A DNA stretch of 63,186 bases from the NCBI GenBank assembly GCA_050257015.1, contig JBLMWC010000108.1:1-63186 (forward strand), given 5' to 3'. Below the pieces are notes generated by a model. The model saw nothing but the letters and a program-made list of their open reading frames with translations, was not told the origin of the DNA and made no database searches. Of this stretch, positions 19,383-31,557 are shown one piece after another. The position numbers and the translations under genes were made by a program. The stretch comes from Bacillota bacterium. Lineage in GTDB: Bacteria > Gemmatimonadota > Gemmatimonadetes > Gemmatimonadales > GWC2-71-9. Position 1 is the stretch's first letter. Each line of letters starts with the position of its first letter.

Positions 19383-21170
19383 ATGACCGGCGCGTCCGAC
19401 GAGCTGCCCGAACGGGGCTACGATCCGGCGCTGCTCCGCCGTCTCCTGCGCTACCTGCGGCCCTATGGCTGGCCGGTGGCCGGGGCGATCGTGCTCCTCC
19501 TGATGAGCGCCGCGCTCGCGCTGGTGGGCCCGGAGCTCACCCGGCGGGTGATCGACGTCGCGATTCCCACCCGCGACGGAGGCCTCCTCGCGACCCTCGC
19601 CGGGCTCTACCTCGGTGCGCTGGTCCTCGAGTTCTTCGCCGACTACGGGCAGGCGCTCATCACCACGCTGATCGGCCAGCGGGTCATGTACGACCTCCGG
19701 CTCGCGGTCTTCGGGCATCTCCAGCGGCTCAGCATCGCCTACTACGATACGCACCCGGTCGGCCGGCTCATGACACGGGTGACGAGCGACATCGAGACCC
19801 TCAACGAGCTCTTCTCCGCGGGGCTCGTGACGGTCTTCGGCGACCTGTTCACGCTCGTCGCCATCATGACGCTCATGCTCGTCACCGACTGGCGCCTCGC
19901 GCTCGTCGCCTTTGCCGTGATCCCGCTCGTGTGGCTCACCGCGACGGTGTTCCGGCGGCAGGTGCGCGAGGCGTTCCGCGATATCCGGACCCGCCTCGCC
20001 CGGCTCAACAGCTTTCTCCAGGAGCACCTCTCCGGGATGCGGCTGGTGCAGCTCTTTCGCCGGGAGGAAGCGGCGGCCGCGCAGTTCGACGCCCTCAACC
20101 GCGACCACCTCTCCGCGCACCTGCGGTCGATCACGATCTACGCCGTCTTCTTTCCGGTGATCGAGGTGCTGACCGCCGTCGCGCTCGCGCTGCTCCTGTA
20201 CTACGGGGGGCTTCGCGCGATCAGCGGGACGCTCACCGTCGGGGTGCTCGCCGCGTTCATCCAGCTCACCCGTCGCTTCTTCCAGCCGCTCCAGGATCTC
20301 TCCGAGAAGGTGAACCTCTTCCAGTCGGCGATGGCCTCGTCGGAGCGCGTCTTCCAGCTTCTCGACGAGCCGGTCGGCGTGCGGGAGCCGGCCGCGCCGG
20401 CTCGCCTGCCGGCGCCGATCCGCGGTGAGGTTCGCTTCGAGGGAGTGTGGTTCCGCTACAGCAACGATGGGCCGTGGGTCCTGCAGGACGTCAGCTTCAC
20501 CGCGGCACCAGGGCGGACGGTGGCGCTCGTCGGTCATACCGGTGCCGGCAAGTCCACGATCATCAGTCTGCTGCTGCGCTTCTACGATCCGCTCAAGGGA
20601 CGCATCACGATTGATGGGGTCGACATCCGGACCCTCTCCACCGCGACCCTCCGCGGCCTGATCGGATTCGTCCAGCAGGACCTTTTTCTCTTCGCCGGCG
20701 ACATCCTGCACAACCTCACCCTCGACGCGGCGATCACTCCCGAGGAGGCGGCCCGGGCCGCGACCCGCGTGGGTGCGTCGCGCTTCATCGATCGCCTGCC
20801 CGAGCGGTATCACCACCGGCTGGGCGAGCGGGGCCGCAGCCTGAGCGTCGGGGAGCGGCAGCTCCTCAGCTTTGCCCGGGCTCTGGCGCGCGACCCGCGG
20901 ATTCTGGTGCTCGACGAGGCGACGAGCTCGGTGGATGCCGAAGCGGAGGCCCAGATCCAGGCGGCGCTGGCCGAGCTCATGGCGGGCCGCACCAGCATCG
21001 TCGTGGCGCATCGTCTCAGCACGATCCTGCACGCCGACGAGATTCTGGTGCTGCACCACGGCGAGGTACGGGAGCGGGGGACCCACCAGGCCCTTTTGGC
21101 CCAGCGCGGACTGTACGAGAGGCTCTATCAGCTCCAGCTTCGGGGTGACCAGGCGCGCCGAACGGCCTGA
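19383..21170 (+). CDS. ABC exporter, fused permease/ATPase (MsbA-like)
   Basis: TM domain plus GHTGAGKS, LSVGERQ, LDEATSS, AHRLST. Confidence 0.93.
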   Translation: MTGASDELPERGYDPALLRRLLRYLRPYGWPVAGAIVLLLMSAALALVGPELTRRVIDVAIPTRDGGLLATLAGLYLGALVLEFFADYGQALITTLIGQRVMYDLRLAVFGHLQRLSIAYYDTHPVGRLMTRVTSDIETLNELFSAGLVTVFGDLFTLVAIMTLMLVTDWRLALVAFAVIPLVWLTATVFRRQVREAFRDIRTRLARLNSFLQEHLSGMRLVQLFRREEAAAAQFDALNRDHLSAHLRSITIYAVFFPVIEVLTAVALALLLYYGGLRAISGTLTVGVLAAFIQLTRRFFQPLQDLSEKVNLFQSAMASSERVFQLLDEPVGVREPAAPARLPAPIRGEVRFEGVWFRYSNDGPWVLQDVSFTAAPGRTVALVGHTGAGKSTIISLLLRFYDPLKGRITIDGVDIRTLSTATLRGLIGFVQQDLFLFAGDILHNLTLDAAITPEEAARAATRVGASRFIDRLPERYHHRLGERGRSLSVGERQLLSFARALARDPRILVLDEATSSVDAEAEAQIQAALAELMAGRTSIVVAHRLSTILHADEILVLHHGEVRERGTHQALLAQRGLYERLYQLQLRGDQARRTA

Positions 21171-21244
21171 AGTCGCTTGCGGGGTGCCGTTTGGTGCGGG
21201 TACGTTTGTCCGGATTGCGCCCATTCTTCCGGACCTGTGACGCC

Positions 21245-22483
21245 ATGATGCACCTCGAAGTCGGTGGACGGACATACCCGGTTGCCGTCGGTGAGATGGT
21301 GATCGGCGCTGGCCCCGACGCGACGGTCGCCGTGGAGGGGCCGGGAGTCGAGCCCCGGCACGCTGTCGTGCAGGGGTGGGCCGACGGCGGTGCCGCGATT
21401 CGGGCCGAGCCCGGCGCCGAGGTGCTCCTGAACGGGGTGCGGCTGGGCGGGGACCCGACGCCGATTCTGCATGGGGACAAGCTCCGGATCGCCGACACGG
21501 AGATCCTGGTGGTGGATGCCCGGCGTATCGGCCAGACGCAGATCCAGAGCGCGATCGTGCTGCCGGACGCGACCGCGGTGGCGATGGCCTCACGGCCGGT
21601 GGAGCCCCAGGGCGGGCGGGTGGTCTGCCTGACCGATGGCCGGGAATACGAGATCGGCCGCGAGCCACTTGTGTTTGGCCGCGAGGCGGGTGCCGACGTG
21701 GTGGTGCCGGGTGACGACGTCTCCCGCCGGCATGCCGAGATCCGGGGCACCGACGCCGGGTACGTGCTGGTGGACCTGAGCGCCAACGGGACCTTCGTGA
21801 ACGGTGCGCGGGTCGAAGGGGCTCGGCCGCTCCGGCGGGCCGATGTGATCCGGATCGGCCCGGACGAGTTCCGCTTCCACGCGCCGGCCGAGGGTCCGCC
21901 GCTGGGCGCGGCCGAGCGGCTGAGCGACACGATGCACGGGATTCCCGCGACGCCGCTGCCGACGACGCCGGTGGTGCCGGCGCCGATCGCATCGCTGCTG
22001 GGCCGGAGCGGGTCGCTCAAGGGCACGCGGTTTCCCATTCGGTCGCCGGTGGCCAGCGTGGGCCGGGGCGAGTACAACGACATCGTGCTGCCCGATCCGA
22101 GCGTCAGCACCATGCACGCCAAGCTCCAGCGGCGCGACGGCGTCTGGATGGCGGTTGATCTGGGGTCCACGAACGGCACCTACGTGGACGAGCAGCTGGT
22201 ACGCGACGACGTCGCGCTCTCGCCGGGCGCGACGCTGCGTTTCGGCGAAGTGTCGCTGATGTTCGAGCCGCTGGACGAAGCGGCGGAGGCGGAGGACCCG
22301 GCTACCAGGGTGGTACCGGCGGTCGGCGGGGTGACGGAGGCGGTCGAAGCCGCGCCGGCGCCCCGGCCGCAGGTACGGCGGCGGCCGCCTGCTCCACCGC
22401 CGAAGAAGTCGCGGGTCGGGCTGTTCGTCGTGCTGCTGACTCTCGCGGCAGCCGCGGCGGCCGCGTTCATGCTGTTGACATAG
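21245..22483 (+). CDS. Triple FHA-domain protein with C-terminal membrane anchor
   Basis: FHA motifs: degenerate IGAG..VEPRHA; FGRE..VSRRHA..SANGT; VGRG..VSTMHA..STNGT; hydrophobic C-terminus. Confidence 0.88.
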   Translation: MMHLEVGGRTYPVAVGEMVIGAGPDATVAVEGPGVEPRHAVVQGWADGGAAIRAEPGAEVLLNGVRLGGDPTPILHGDKLRIADTEILVVDARRIGQTQIQSAIVLPDATAVAMASRPVEPQGGRVVCLTDGREYEIGREPLVFGREAGADVVVPGDDVSRRHAEIRGTDAGYVLVDLSANGTFVNGARVEGARPLRRADVIRIGPDEFRFHAPAEGPPLGAAERLSDTMHGIPATPLPTTPVVPAPIASLLGRSGSLKGTRFPIRSPVASVGRGEYNDIVLPDPSVSTMHAKLQRRDGVWMAVDLGSTNGTYVDEQLVRDDVALSPGATLRFGEVSLMFEPLDEAAEAEDPATRVVPAVGGVTEAVEAAPAPRPQVRRRPPAPPPKKSRVGLFVVLLTLAAAAAAAFMLLT

Positions 22484-22492
22484 CGGAGGCAC

Positions 22493-23281
22493 GTGCACTT
22501 CACCTGCGCGGCCCGCACGGACGTGGGCATCGTCCGGTCGGGCAACGAAGACAATTACCTGATGCTCGCTGACCGCGGCATCTTCATCGTCGCCGACGGC
22601 ATGGGTGGGCATGCGGCGGGTGAAGTCGCGAGCGAGATGGCCGTGCGCATCATCTCCCGCGAGATCGGCTCGCTCCGCGGCCTCAGCGACGATGAGGGCG
22701 CCGAGCGCTTCCGCACGGCCATCCGCACGGCCAACGACGCGATCTTCTCCCGCACCCTGTCCGAGCACGACAAGCGCGGGATGGGGACCACGGTCACGGC
22801 GCTGGTGCTCCAGCCGAAGCGGTACCTCATCGGGCAGGTGGGGGACAGCCGCGCCTATCTTCTGCGCGGTCAGCAGCTGTCGCAGCTCACGAAGGACCAC
22901 TCCTACGTCCAGGAGCAGGTGGACGCCGGACTCCTCACGCCGGAGCAGGCACGGGTTCATCCGTACAGCAACGTGATCACGCGCTGTGTGGGCGCGAGCG
23001 TGGACGTCACCCCCGACATCTACATCGGCACGCTGGAGGAGGGAGACATCCTGCTGCTGGCGTCGGACGGGCTCACCGGCATGCTCGAGGACGAGCAGCT
23101 CACACGCATCCTGCAATCCGAGGGTGGGCCCCAGCGCTGGGTGGACCGCCTGATCACCGAGGCCAACCGCCGCGGCGGGCTCGACAACATCACCGCCATC
23201 GTCGTGCGCATCGATACGATCGAGACCCGGACCGGCGAGCACAGTCTGACCGGCACGCCGAGCCCCCAGCCCCACAACTGA
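22493..23281 (+). CDS. PP2C-family Ser/Thr protein phosphatase (Stp1/PrpC-like)
   Basis: RSGNED, VADGMGGH, MGTT, VGDSRAY, TKDHS, SDGL, GGLDNIT. Confidence 0.95.
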   Translation: MHFTCAARTDVGIVRSGNEDNYLMLADRGIFIVADGMGGHAAGEVASEMAVRIISREIGSLRGLSDDEGAERFRTAIRTANDAIFSRTLSEHDKRGMGTTVTALVLQPKRYLIGQVGDSRAYLLRGQQLSQLTKDHSYVQEQVDAGLLTPEQARVHPYSNVITRCVGASVDVTPDIYIGTLEEGDILLLASDGLTGMLEDEQLTRILQSEGGPQRWVDRLITEANRRGGLDNITAIVVRIDTIETRTGEHSLTGTPSPQPHN

Positions 23282-23454
23282 TACCGGACCCGGCCGGCAC
23301 TGCATTGTGCCAGCCGGCCGCGCACGCCGCCCGGGCCCTCCGCAAAGAGGGCCCGCGTCCGTTTCGGGCAGGCGCGCGAATCGCGGTTTCGGCCCGATCG
23401 TCCGGTGGTACGCGGCTTGCCCGGTTGGACGCGTGAGTCCCGACCGGAGTCCGC

Positions 23455-25050
23455 GTGAGCTCGTCCCGTCCCCTCGACATCGTGCCTTCCCCCGACTCGC
23501 CCTCCGGCGCCCTGCAGGAGGGCCGCCAGCACGATCGCGGCGGCCGGCTGGCCGATGCGATGCGGTGCTATGCCGACGCGATCGAGCTGGCCGGTGAGGC
23601 CGACGCGCCGGTCCGGGCCGAGGCGCTCCGGCGGCTGGGTGTCATCCACTACCTGCGCAGCGAGCACGGCGAGGCTCGGAGTCTCTACGAGCAGAGTCAT
23701 CGGCTCGCCTCCGAGCTCGGCGATGACTCGCTGGTCGCCGAAGCGCTGAACGCGCTGGCGGGCCTGGAGCTCGAAGCGGGCGATATGGCGGCGGCGCGCG
23801 CCGGCTTTCTCCAGGCACTCGACCTCGCGGGCGCGCAGCCGATCCTGGTCGCGCGGATCGAGCAGAACCTCGGCATCCTCTCCAACATCCAGGGCCATCT
23901 CTCCGAGGCGCTCGACCACTACGAGCGCTCGCTCGCCGCGGGCCGCGCGGCGGGCGATGACCGGAGCTGCGCCATCGCCTACCACAACCTGGGCATGATC
24001 TGCGCGGACCGGCGGATGTGGGACGAGGCGGATGCCTACTTCGTCGAGAGCCTGCAGATCGCCGAGCGGCTGGAAGACGTCCACCTGACGGGACTCTGCC
24101 TGCTGAACCACTCGGAAGTCCACGTGGCGCGGCAGCGTTACGACGCTGCGCGGCGCGACGCCGAGCAGGCGCTCGGCATCTTCGACCGGCTTGGCGCGCG
24201 CCTCGACAAGGCCGACGCGTACACGATCCTCGGCGTCGTCTTCCGGGAGACGGGGCGGCCGGAGCTGGCCGAGGCGCGGTTCCGCTCGGCGATCGACCTG
24301 GCGAGCGGCAATCGCTCGGTGCTGAGCGAGGCCGAGGCATCCCGCGAGCTGGCGCGCCTCTATCGCGACATGGGCCGGAACCAGGACGCGCTGCACCTGC
24401 TCAACGTCGCGCACCGGCTCTTCAGCCGGCTCGACGCCAGGGTGGATCTGGTGGACGTGGCCGGCAAGGTGCTCGACCTGGAGAGCACCTACCGCAGCGT
24501 GGTGCGGAACTGGGGGCGGTCCATCGAATCAGCCGACACCTACACCTTCGGTCACAGCGAGCGCGTGGCGGAATACGCTGTGAGTGTGGCGCGAGCGCTG
24601 GGACTCGATGACGGCCGCTGCACGACGGTGCGGCTGGGCGCGTATTTGCACGATCTGGGCAAGGTGCGGGTGCCGCACGAGATCCTGAACAAGCCCGGCG
24701 GTCTCAGCGCGGAGGAGCTGGCGGTGATGCAGCGGCACCCGATCTACGGACTGGAGCTGCTGGCGTCGGTCGAGTTTCCCTGGGACCTGAAGCCGATCAT
24801 CCGCTGGCACCACGAGAAGTATGACGGGTCGGGCTATCCCGACGGCCTCAGGGGGGACGAGATCCCGCTGCACGCGCAGATCATCTGCATCGTGGATGTG
24901 TACGACGCGCTGACGACGACCCGAAGCTACCGGGCGGCGATGCCGCGCGAGGCGGCGCTCGCGGAGATGATGGGCGCCCGGCGCTGGTGGCGGCCGGACG
25001 TGTTCGACGCCTTCATGCGTTCGGTCGCACAGGGCGACGCGGGGTGCTGA
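23455..25050 (+). CDS. TPR-repeat + HD-GYP cyclic-dinucleotide phosphodiesterase
   Basis: N-terminal TPR-like repeats (EQNLG, YHNLG); GHSERV, LHDLGK, HHEKYDGSGYPDGL. Confidence 0.9.
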   Translation: MSSSRPLDIVPSPDSPSGALQEGRQHDRGGRLADAMRCYADAIELAGEADAPVRAEALRRLGVIHYLRSEHGEARSLYEQSHRLASELGDDSLVAEALNALAGLELEAGDMAAARAGFLQALDLAGAQPILVARIEQNLGILSNIQGHLSEALDHYERSLAAGRAAGDDRSCAIAYHNLGMICADRRMWDEADAYFVESLQIAERLEDVHLTGLCLLNHSEVHVARQRYDAARRDAEQALGIFDRLGARLDKADAYTILGVVFRETGRPELAEARFRSAIDLASGNRSVLSEAEASRELARLYRDMGRNQDALHLLNVAHRLFSRLDARVDLVDVAGKVLDLESTYRSVVRNWGRSIESADTYTFGHSERVAEYAVSVARALGLDDGRCTTVRLGAYLHDLGKVRVPHEILNKPGGLSAEELAVMQRHPIYGLELLASVEFPWDLKPIIRWHHEKYDGSGYPDGLRGDEIPLHAQIICIVDVYDALTTTRSYRAAMPREAALAEMMGARRWWRPDVFDAFMRSVAQGDAGC

Positions 25051-26331
25051 GCAGCGGCTGACCTTCGGCCAGCCGGCGGTGCACCTCCTCGGCGGGCAGG
25101 CGGAGGAGCGTGGTGGCGAGGGAGAGGTCGGCCGCGGGCGGGCGGGCGGTGAAGATCCGGAGCCGGCGCGCACTCCGGTACAGCTCGTCGGCGACGCGGG
25201 GAAGCCCGAGCTGGCCGGCACGGCCTTCATCGGTGAGGCGCTCGATTCCGCCGCCTCGGGTCCGAAGCGGCAGGTCCACCGCCAGCATCGACGAGCGGGT
25301 CGGGAAGTCCAGCAGCAGCTCGCCCGGCGCCAGCTCGACCTCGCGAGCCAGCGCGTCCTCCACTTCCTCGACCAGGTCAGGATCGTCCGCCGCCCACGAA
25401 TCCGCCGACTCGGTCACCTCGGTGGCCGGAAGATCGAGCGCCCGCTTGAAGAGCCGGCGCTCGCGGATCGCCCGGGCGAGGTCGCTTCCGCTGTTCAGCA
25501 GCCGTTCCATCAGCCCATCGTCGGTGAGGCCGCCCACCGCATCCATCGAGACGACATCGCGCCGCACCGCGTCCCGTGCCGCCCGCTTGAACATGCAGGT
25601 GGCGGCGCGCACGGCGTGGTGCCAGTACACGTTCCGGTACATCTGGTACTTGGCGAAGAGGAGCGACTCGAGCGCGCTGACTCCCTTCTCGTGCACCCCC
25701 ACCTGCTGCCGCCCGTCGGCGGTCGGCACCAGCGTGAGGGTGGACAGGAGGCGGTCCACGTCCACCGTGCCGTAGGGGACGCCGCACATCCGTGCATCGC
25801 GGCTCAGGTAGTCGATCTTGTCGAGGTCGAGCGACCCGGAGATGAGTCCCTGCAGCGGGCTCGGGCTCACCCCGCGGATGAGCGCCCCAATCTCGGCGGC
25901 GAGACCGGGACCGCCGATCTCCTCCAGCCGGCCGCGGAGCTCACCCTCGCCGAGCTTGGCCACGCCCTGCGCTTCGTGAGAGGGGAATCCCGCTTCCTCG
26001 AGGGCATGGGAGAACGGGTAGTGGCCGATGTCGTGGAGGAGGGCGGCGAGGCGGACGGCGAGGCAGTCGCGCGGGCTCACGGCGCCGAGCTCGCCGCGCT
26101 CCTCGAGCGAGGCGAGTGCCCGCCGCGTCAGGTGGTAGGCGCCGAGTGCGTGCTCGAAGCGGCTGTGGGTCGCGCCCGGGTAGACGAGAAAGGCGTGGCC
26201 GAGCTGGCGGACGTAGCGGAGGCGCTGGACGGCCGGCGTGTCGAGGACGAGCTGCGCCGGCCGGTCGAGGCGGATGTTGTCCCAGAGCGGATCGCGGATG
26301 ACCTCGAGGTCGGCGCCCTTCCGCCCGTCCA

Positions 26332-26332
<1 letters not shown>
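25013..26332 (-). CDS. HD-domain phosphohydrolase (SAMHD1/dNTP triphosphohydrolase-like)
   Basis: QRLRYVRQLG, ATHSRFEH, LLHDIGHYPFSH, DKIDYLSRD, MYRNVYWH. Confidence 0.9.
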
Positions 26333-27933
<1,601 letters not shown>

Positions 27934-27976
27934 GGGATCCCGACGCGCGGAGAGCGCGGTAACGTAAGGTTCGTGG

Positions 27977-30268
27977 TCAGCCCGGACGCCGGCCTTTGTG
28001 CCGGGCGCGCTCCTGCGCGTCGACCGCCGCGATGACCGCCATGTTGACGATGTCGTCCACGCTGGAGTCGCGCTCCAGGACGTGAATGGGCGCGGCCATC
28101 CCGACCAGAATCGGGCCGATGGCCTGCGCCCCGCCGAGTCGGCCCAACAGCTTGTAGCTGATGTTGGCCGCGTTCAGATCGGGAAAGATCAGCACGTTCG
28201 CGGGTCCGTGCAACCGGCTGAAGGGGTACCGCCCGGTGATGATCGATTCCACCACTGCCGTGTCGGCCTGCATCTCCCCATCCACCTTGAGGTTAGGCCG
28301 CATATCCTGGAGCAGCCGGACCGCATCGGCGACCTTGGCCTGCATCGGATGGCGGACAGAGCCGAAGTTGGAGAACGAGAGGAGTGCTACCCTGGGCTCG
28401 ATCCCCAGGTCCTGGACGAAATCGGCGGCCGCGATCGCGATGCGGGCCAGCCGCGGGGTGTCGGGGTTGATGTTGACGGTGCAGTCGGCGAAGAAGAACG
28501 TGTCGGTCTGGGTCACGATCATGTAGATCCCCGCGACCGCGATTCCCTCCTCGCTGCCGACCGCCTCGAGCGCCGGCCGGATGGCGCGCGGGTAATGCTG
28601 GGTCTCGCCGATCACGATCGCGTCGGCGTCGCCCTGGGCCACCATCATCGAGCCGAAGTACTCGGGCTGGAGGAGCCGGCGGCTCGATTCCGCCCGGGTG
28701 AGGCCGCGCCGCTGGCGCCGCGCCCAGAAGGCGTCGGCGTAGCGCTCGCGCGCGGAGCTGGTCGCGGGGTCGACGATCCGGAGATCGGCGACCGGCACGC
28801 CGACGTGCTCGGCGGCGCGGGCGATGCTGCGGGGATCGCCGACGAGGATGGGGACCGCGATCTCCTCGTCGGCGAGGATCCGGGCGGCGCGCAGGACACG
28901 GGGATCGTCGGCATCGGTCATCGCCAGCTTCTGCGGATCGGCGGCGGCGCGGTTGCTGAGCCCCCGCATCACCGCGCGCCCGCGGCCCAGCCGCGACTCG
29001 AGCCCGGCGCGGTAGTCGTCCATGTCGAGGATTACGCCGGCGACACCGCTGTGGATCGCCGCCCATGCCACGGCCGGCGCGACCCAGAGTAGCACCCGCG
29101 GATCGAACGGCTTGGGGATGAGGTACTCGCGGCCGAACCGGAGCGACTCCACGTTGTAGGCGCGCAGCACGACGTCGGGAACGTCCTCCTTCGCGAGCGC
29201 GGCCAGCGCCCGCGTCGCCGCCATCTTCATCTCCTCGTTGATGGCGCGCGCCCGCACGTCGAGCGCGCCCCGGAAGATGAACGGAAAGCCGAGGACGTTG
29301 TTGACCTGGTTGGGATAGTCGGTGCGGCCGGTGGCGATGAGTGCGTCCGGCCGGGCGGCGCGCGCTTCGTCGGGCAGGATCTCGGGAACCGGGTTCGCCA
29401 GCGCGAAGATGATCGGCTCCGGCGCCATCAGCCGGAGCATGGCGGGCGTGACCGTACCCGCCGCCGAGAGACCCACGAAGACATCGGCCCCCTCGAATGC
29501 CTCGACCGGTGTGGCGGGGCCGTCGGCGTGGGCGAACCGGGCCTGGTACGGATTGAGCGGCACGTCGCGGCCGGCGCGGATCACGCCGTGCAGGTCACAC
29601 AGGGTCACCCGGTCGCGGCGGACGCCGAGGCGCACGTAATGCTCCGCGGTGGCGATGGCGGCGGCGCCGGCGCCCATGAAGACGACGCGGATCTCCTCGA
29701 TCTTCTTCCCCGAGACCTCGAGGGCGTTGAGCAGGGCCGCTCCGGAGATGATCGCGGTGCCGTGCTGGTCGTCGTGGAAGACCGGGATCGAGAGGACCTT
29801 CCGCAGCTCCTCCTCGACGTAGAAGCAGTCGGGCGACTTGATGTCCTCGAGATTGATTCCGCCCACCGTCGGCTCCAGCATGCGGCAGAAGCTGACGATG
29901 TCGTCGGGATTCGCGGCATCGATCTCGAGGTCGAAGACGTCGAGATCGGCGAAGGTCTTGAAGAGGACCGCCTTGCCCTCCATCACCGGCTTCGCCGCGA
30001 GCGGGCCGATGTCGCCGAGCCCGAGCACCGCCGTCCCGTTCGAGACCACCGCGATCAGGTTGCCGCGCGCGGTGTAGCGGTAGGCGTCCTCCGGGCGCGT
30101 CTGGATGGCGAGACACGGCTCGGCGACGCCCGGCGTGTAGGCGAGCGAGAGATCGCGCTGATTCTGGGTCGCCTTGGTGGCGACGACCTGGATCTTGCCC
30201 GGCCGCCCGTCCTCGTGATAGCGGAGCGCTTCGGAGCGGCGGTCGGGTGACGGGGGCGGGTTCGTGAT
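27977..30268 (-). CDS. maeB: NADP-dependent malic enzyme with C-terminal PTA-like domain
   Basis: [43 protein letters not shown]; PTA-like DGEMQAD and [11 protein letters not shown]; no canonical start, ATC at 30268 proposed. Confidence 0.93.
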   Translation of the reverse strand: MTNPPPSPDRRSEALRYHEDGRPGKIQVVATKATQNQRDLSLAYTPGVAEPCLAIQTRPEDAYRYTARGNLIAVVSNGTAVLGLGDIGPLAAKPVMEGKAVLFKTFADLDVFDLEIDAANPDDIVSFCRMLEPTVGGINLEDIKSPDCFYVEEELRKVLSIPVFHDDQHGTAIISGAALLNALEVSGKKIEEIRVVFMGAGAAAIATAEHYVRLGVRRDRVTLCDLHGVIRAGRDVPLNPYQARFAHADGPATPVEAFEGADVFVGLSAAGTVTPAMLRLMAPEPIIFALANPVPEILPDEARAARPDALIATGRTDYPNQVNNVLGFPFIFRGALDVRARAINEEMKMAATRALAALAKEDVPDVVLRAYNVESLRFGREYLIPKPFDPRVLLWVAPAVAWAAIHSGVAGVILDMDDYRAGLESRLGRGRAVMRGLSNRAAADPQKLAMTDADDPRVLRAARILADEEIAVPILVGDPRSIARAAEHVGVPVADLRIVDPATSSARERYADAFWARRQRRGLTRAESSRRLLQPEYFGSMMVAQGDADAIVIGETQHYPRAIRPALEAVGSEEGIAVAGIYMIVTQTDTFFFADCTVNINPDTPRLARIAIAAADFVQDLGIEPRVALLSFSNFGSVRHPMQAKVADAVRLLQDMRPNLKVDGEMQADTAVVESIITGRYPFSRLHGPANVLIFPDLNAANISYKLLGRLGGAQAIGPILVGMAAPIHVLERDSSVDDIVNMAVIAAVDAQERARHKGRRPG

Positions 30269-30933
30269 CAGGGCCTCTGTGCCGGCGAGACGTTCGCCGG
30301 GCTGTGGTAGAGGATCTCGGCGGTGTTCCGGTCCCGCTCGCTGGGCGTCGCCACCGTCGGGTTCGAGTACATGAGATCTTCCGGGTGCGGCGAGTGGCGG
30401 AAGATGCCGAGGGTATGCCCGATCTCGTGGGTGAGGGTGAGCGCGAGGCAGGCCTGCGTCTCCGGCAGCTCCGGCACGAAGCGCGCCGAGATGTAGACGT
30501 GCATCGGCAGATGCGCCTCGCGGCGGTCGTCGATGTGGGGGAGCGTCGTCGCCTGGCATTCTGGCGCGAAGCTCTCGAGCGCGACGCGATCGAGGAGGAT
30601 GTCGTCGCCGGCCGGCGGCGGCCCGTAGCGGACGATGACGTCGGCCGTCGTGGAGTCGGTCACCCGCACCGCGTTCCATTCACCGAACAGGAACACCCGC
30701 TTCCACTTCGCGATGCTCGAGTCGGCGTAGAGCGGCAGTGAGACCTGATCCTCCGCCCAGATCCGGACCGGCAGGAACGACTGCGGCCAGTGGAAGCTGA
30801 GGGTGTCGGTAGCCTGGACCACGCGCCACTCGTAGAAATTGTCGGTGCGGAGCGGTCCGCCGATGTCGGAGCAGGCGGCGAGCAGGCTGAGGGCCGCAAC
30901 CGGCACGAGCCGGCGCACGGCGGGCCGGCTCAC
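30268..30933 (-). CDS. Matrixin-like zinc metalloprotease lipoprotein
   Basis: LLAAC lipobox; HEIGHTLGIFRH zinc motif and DLMY Met-turn; GTGA overlap with upstream gene. Confidence 0.82.
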   Translation of the reverse strand: MSRPAVRRLVPVAALSLLAACSDIGGPLRTDNFYEWRVVQATDTLSFHWPQSFLPVRIWAEDQVSLPLYADSSIAKWKRVFLFGEWNAVRVTDSTTADVIVRYGPPPAGDDILLDRVALESFAPECQATTLPHIDDRREAHLPMHVYISARFVPELPETQACLALTLTHEIGHTLGIFRHSPHPEDLMYSNPTVATPSERDRNTAEILYHSPANVSPAQRP

Positions 30934-31526
30934 CGGTGCCCCCGGGCCAGGCCGACCGAGAGCGACACGCGCTGGACGCCCTGCGCGCCCGAATAGCCGT
31001 GCGCCCTGAGCGCGGGACTCGAGAAGCGGTGGAAGTCGTACCGCGCGGCGATGAGGACATCCCACTTCGAGAGGACCGGCCGCCGGTAATCGAGCCCGCC
31101 GCCGACGAGGAGCCGCGTGGTGCCGCTGGCGAGCACGCTCCCTTCGTCGCCCGCGAAGTAGTGGAGCAGGCCGAGCCCGGCGCGCCAGCGGAGCCCGTCG
31201 GAGATGCCGCCATCGAGCAGGGCCAGCGCCGAGGCGGTGCGTACCGACCCCAGGTCGGTGCGGATGTCGCCGTAGTCGCCGTGCAGGCTGCCGGCGGTGG
31301 CGGCGAGCTCCACCCCCGCACCATAGCGCGGCGCGATCGGGTGTCCGATGTCGAGAAACACGCTGGGGGCGACCGATGCCTTCGCGTTCACGTCCTGCGC
31401 GATGAAATCGCTGACCAGCGCGCTCGAGCCCGTTACCCCGACTCGAAGGGACAGATCGGTCTGCGCCGCGAGTCGAGGCGTCGCGCCGGCTGCCAGCAGT
31501 CCGGCGATCAGAATTGGAATCCGCAT
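30930..31526 (-). CDS. Putative outer-membrane beta-barrel protein
   Basis: Signal peptide ending LAAQ; alternating amphipathic strands (AGLGLLHYF, VGGGLDY, VSLSVGL); start 31526 or 31547. Confidence 0.65.
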   Translation of the reverse strand: MRIPILIAGLLAAGATPRLAAQTDLSLRVGVTGSSALVSDFIAQDVNAKASVAPSVFLDIGHPIAPRYGAGVELAATAGSLHGDYGDIRTDLGSVRTASALALLDGGISDGLRWRAGLGLLHYFAGDEGSVLASGTTRLLVGGGLDYRRPVLSKWDVLIAARYDFHRFSSPALRAHGYSGAQGVQRVSLSVGLARGHR

Positions 31527-31557
31527 CGCTGGAAGATGGACGGGCATCAGAAGGGGG

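Noticed and set aside
23282-23454. c-di-GMP riboswitch upstream of the HD-GYP gene (hairpins such as gggccctc-cgcaaa-gagggccc)
   Set aside because: GC-rich hairpins only; I could not match the class I or class II consensus by eye. An Rfam scan would settle it
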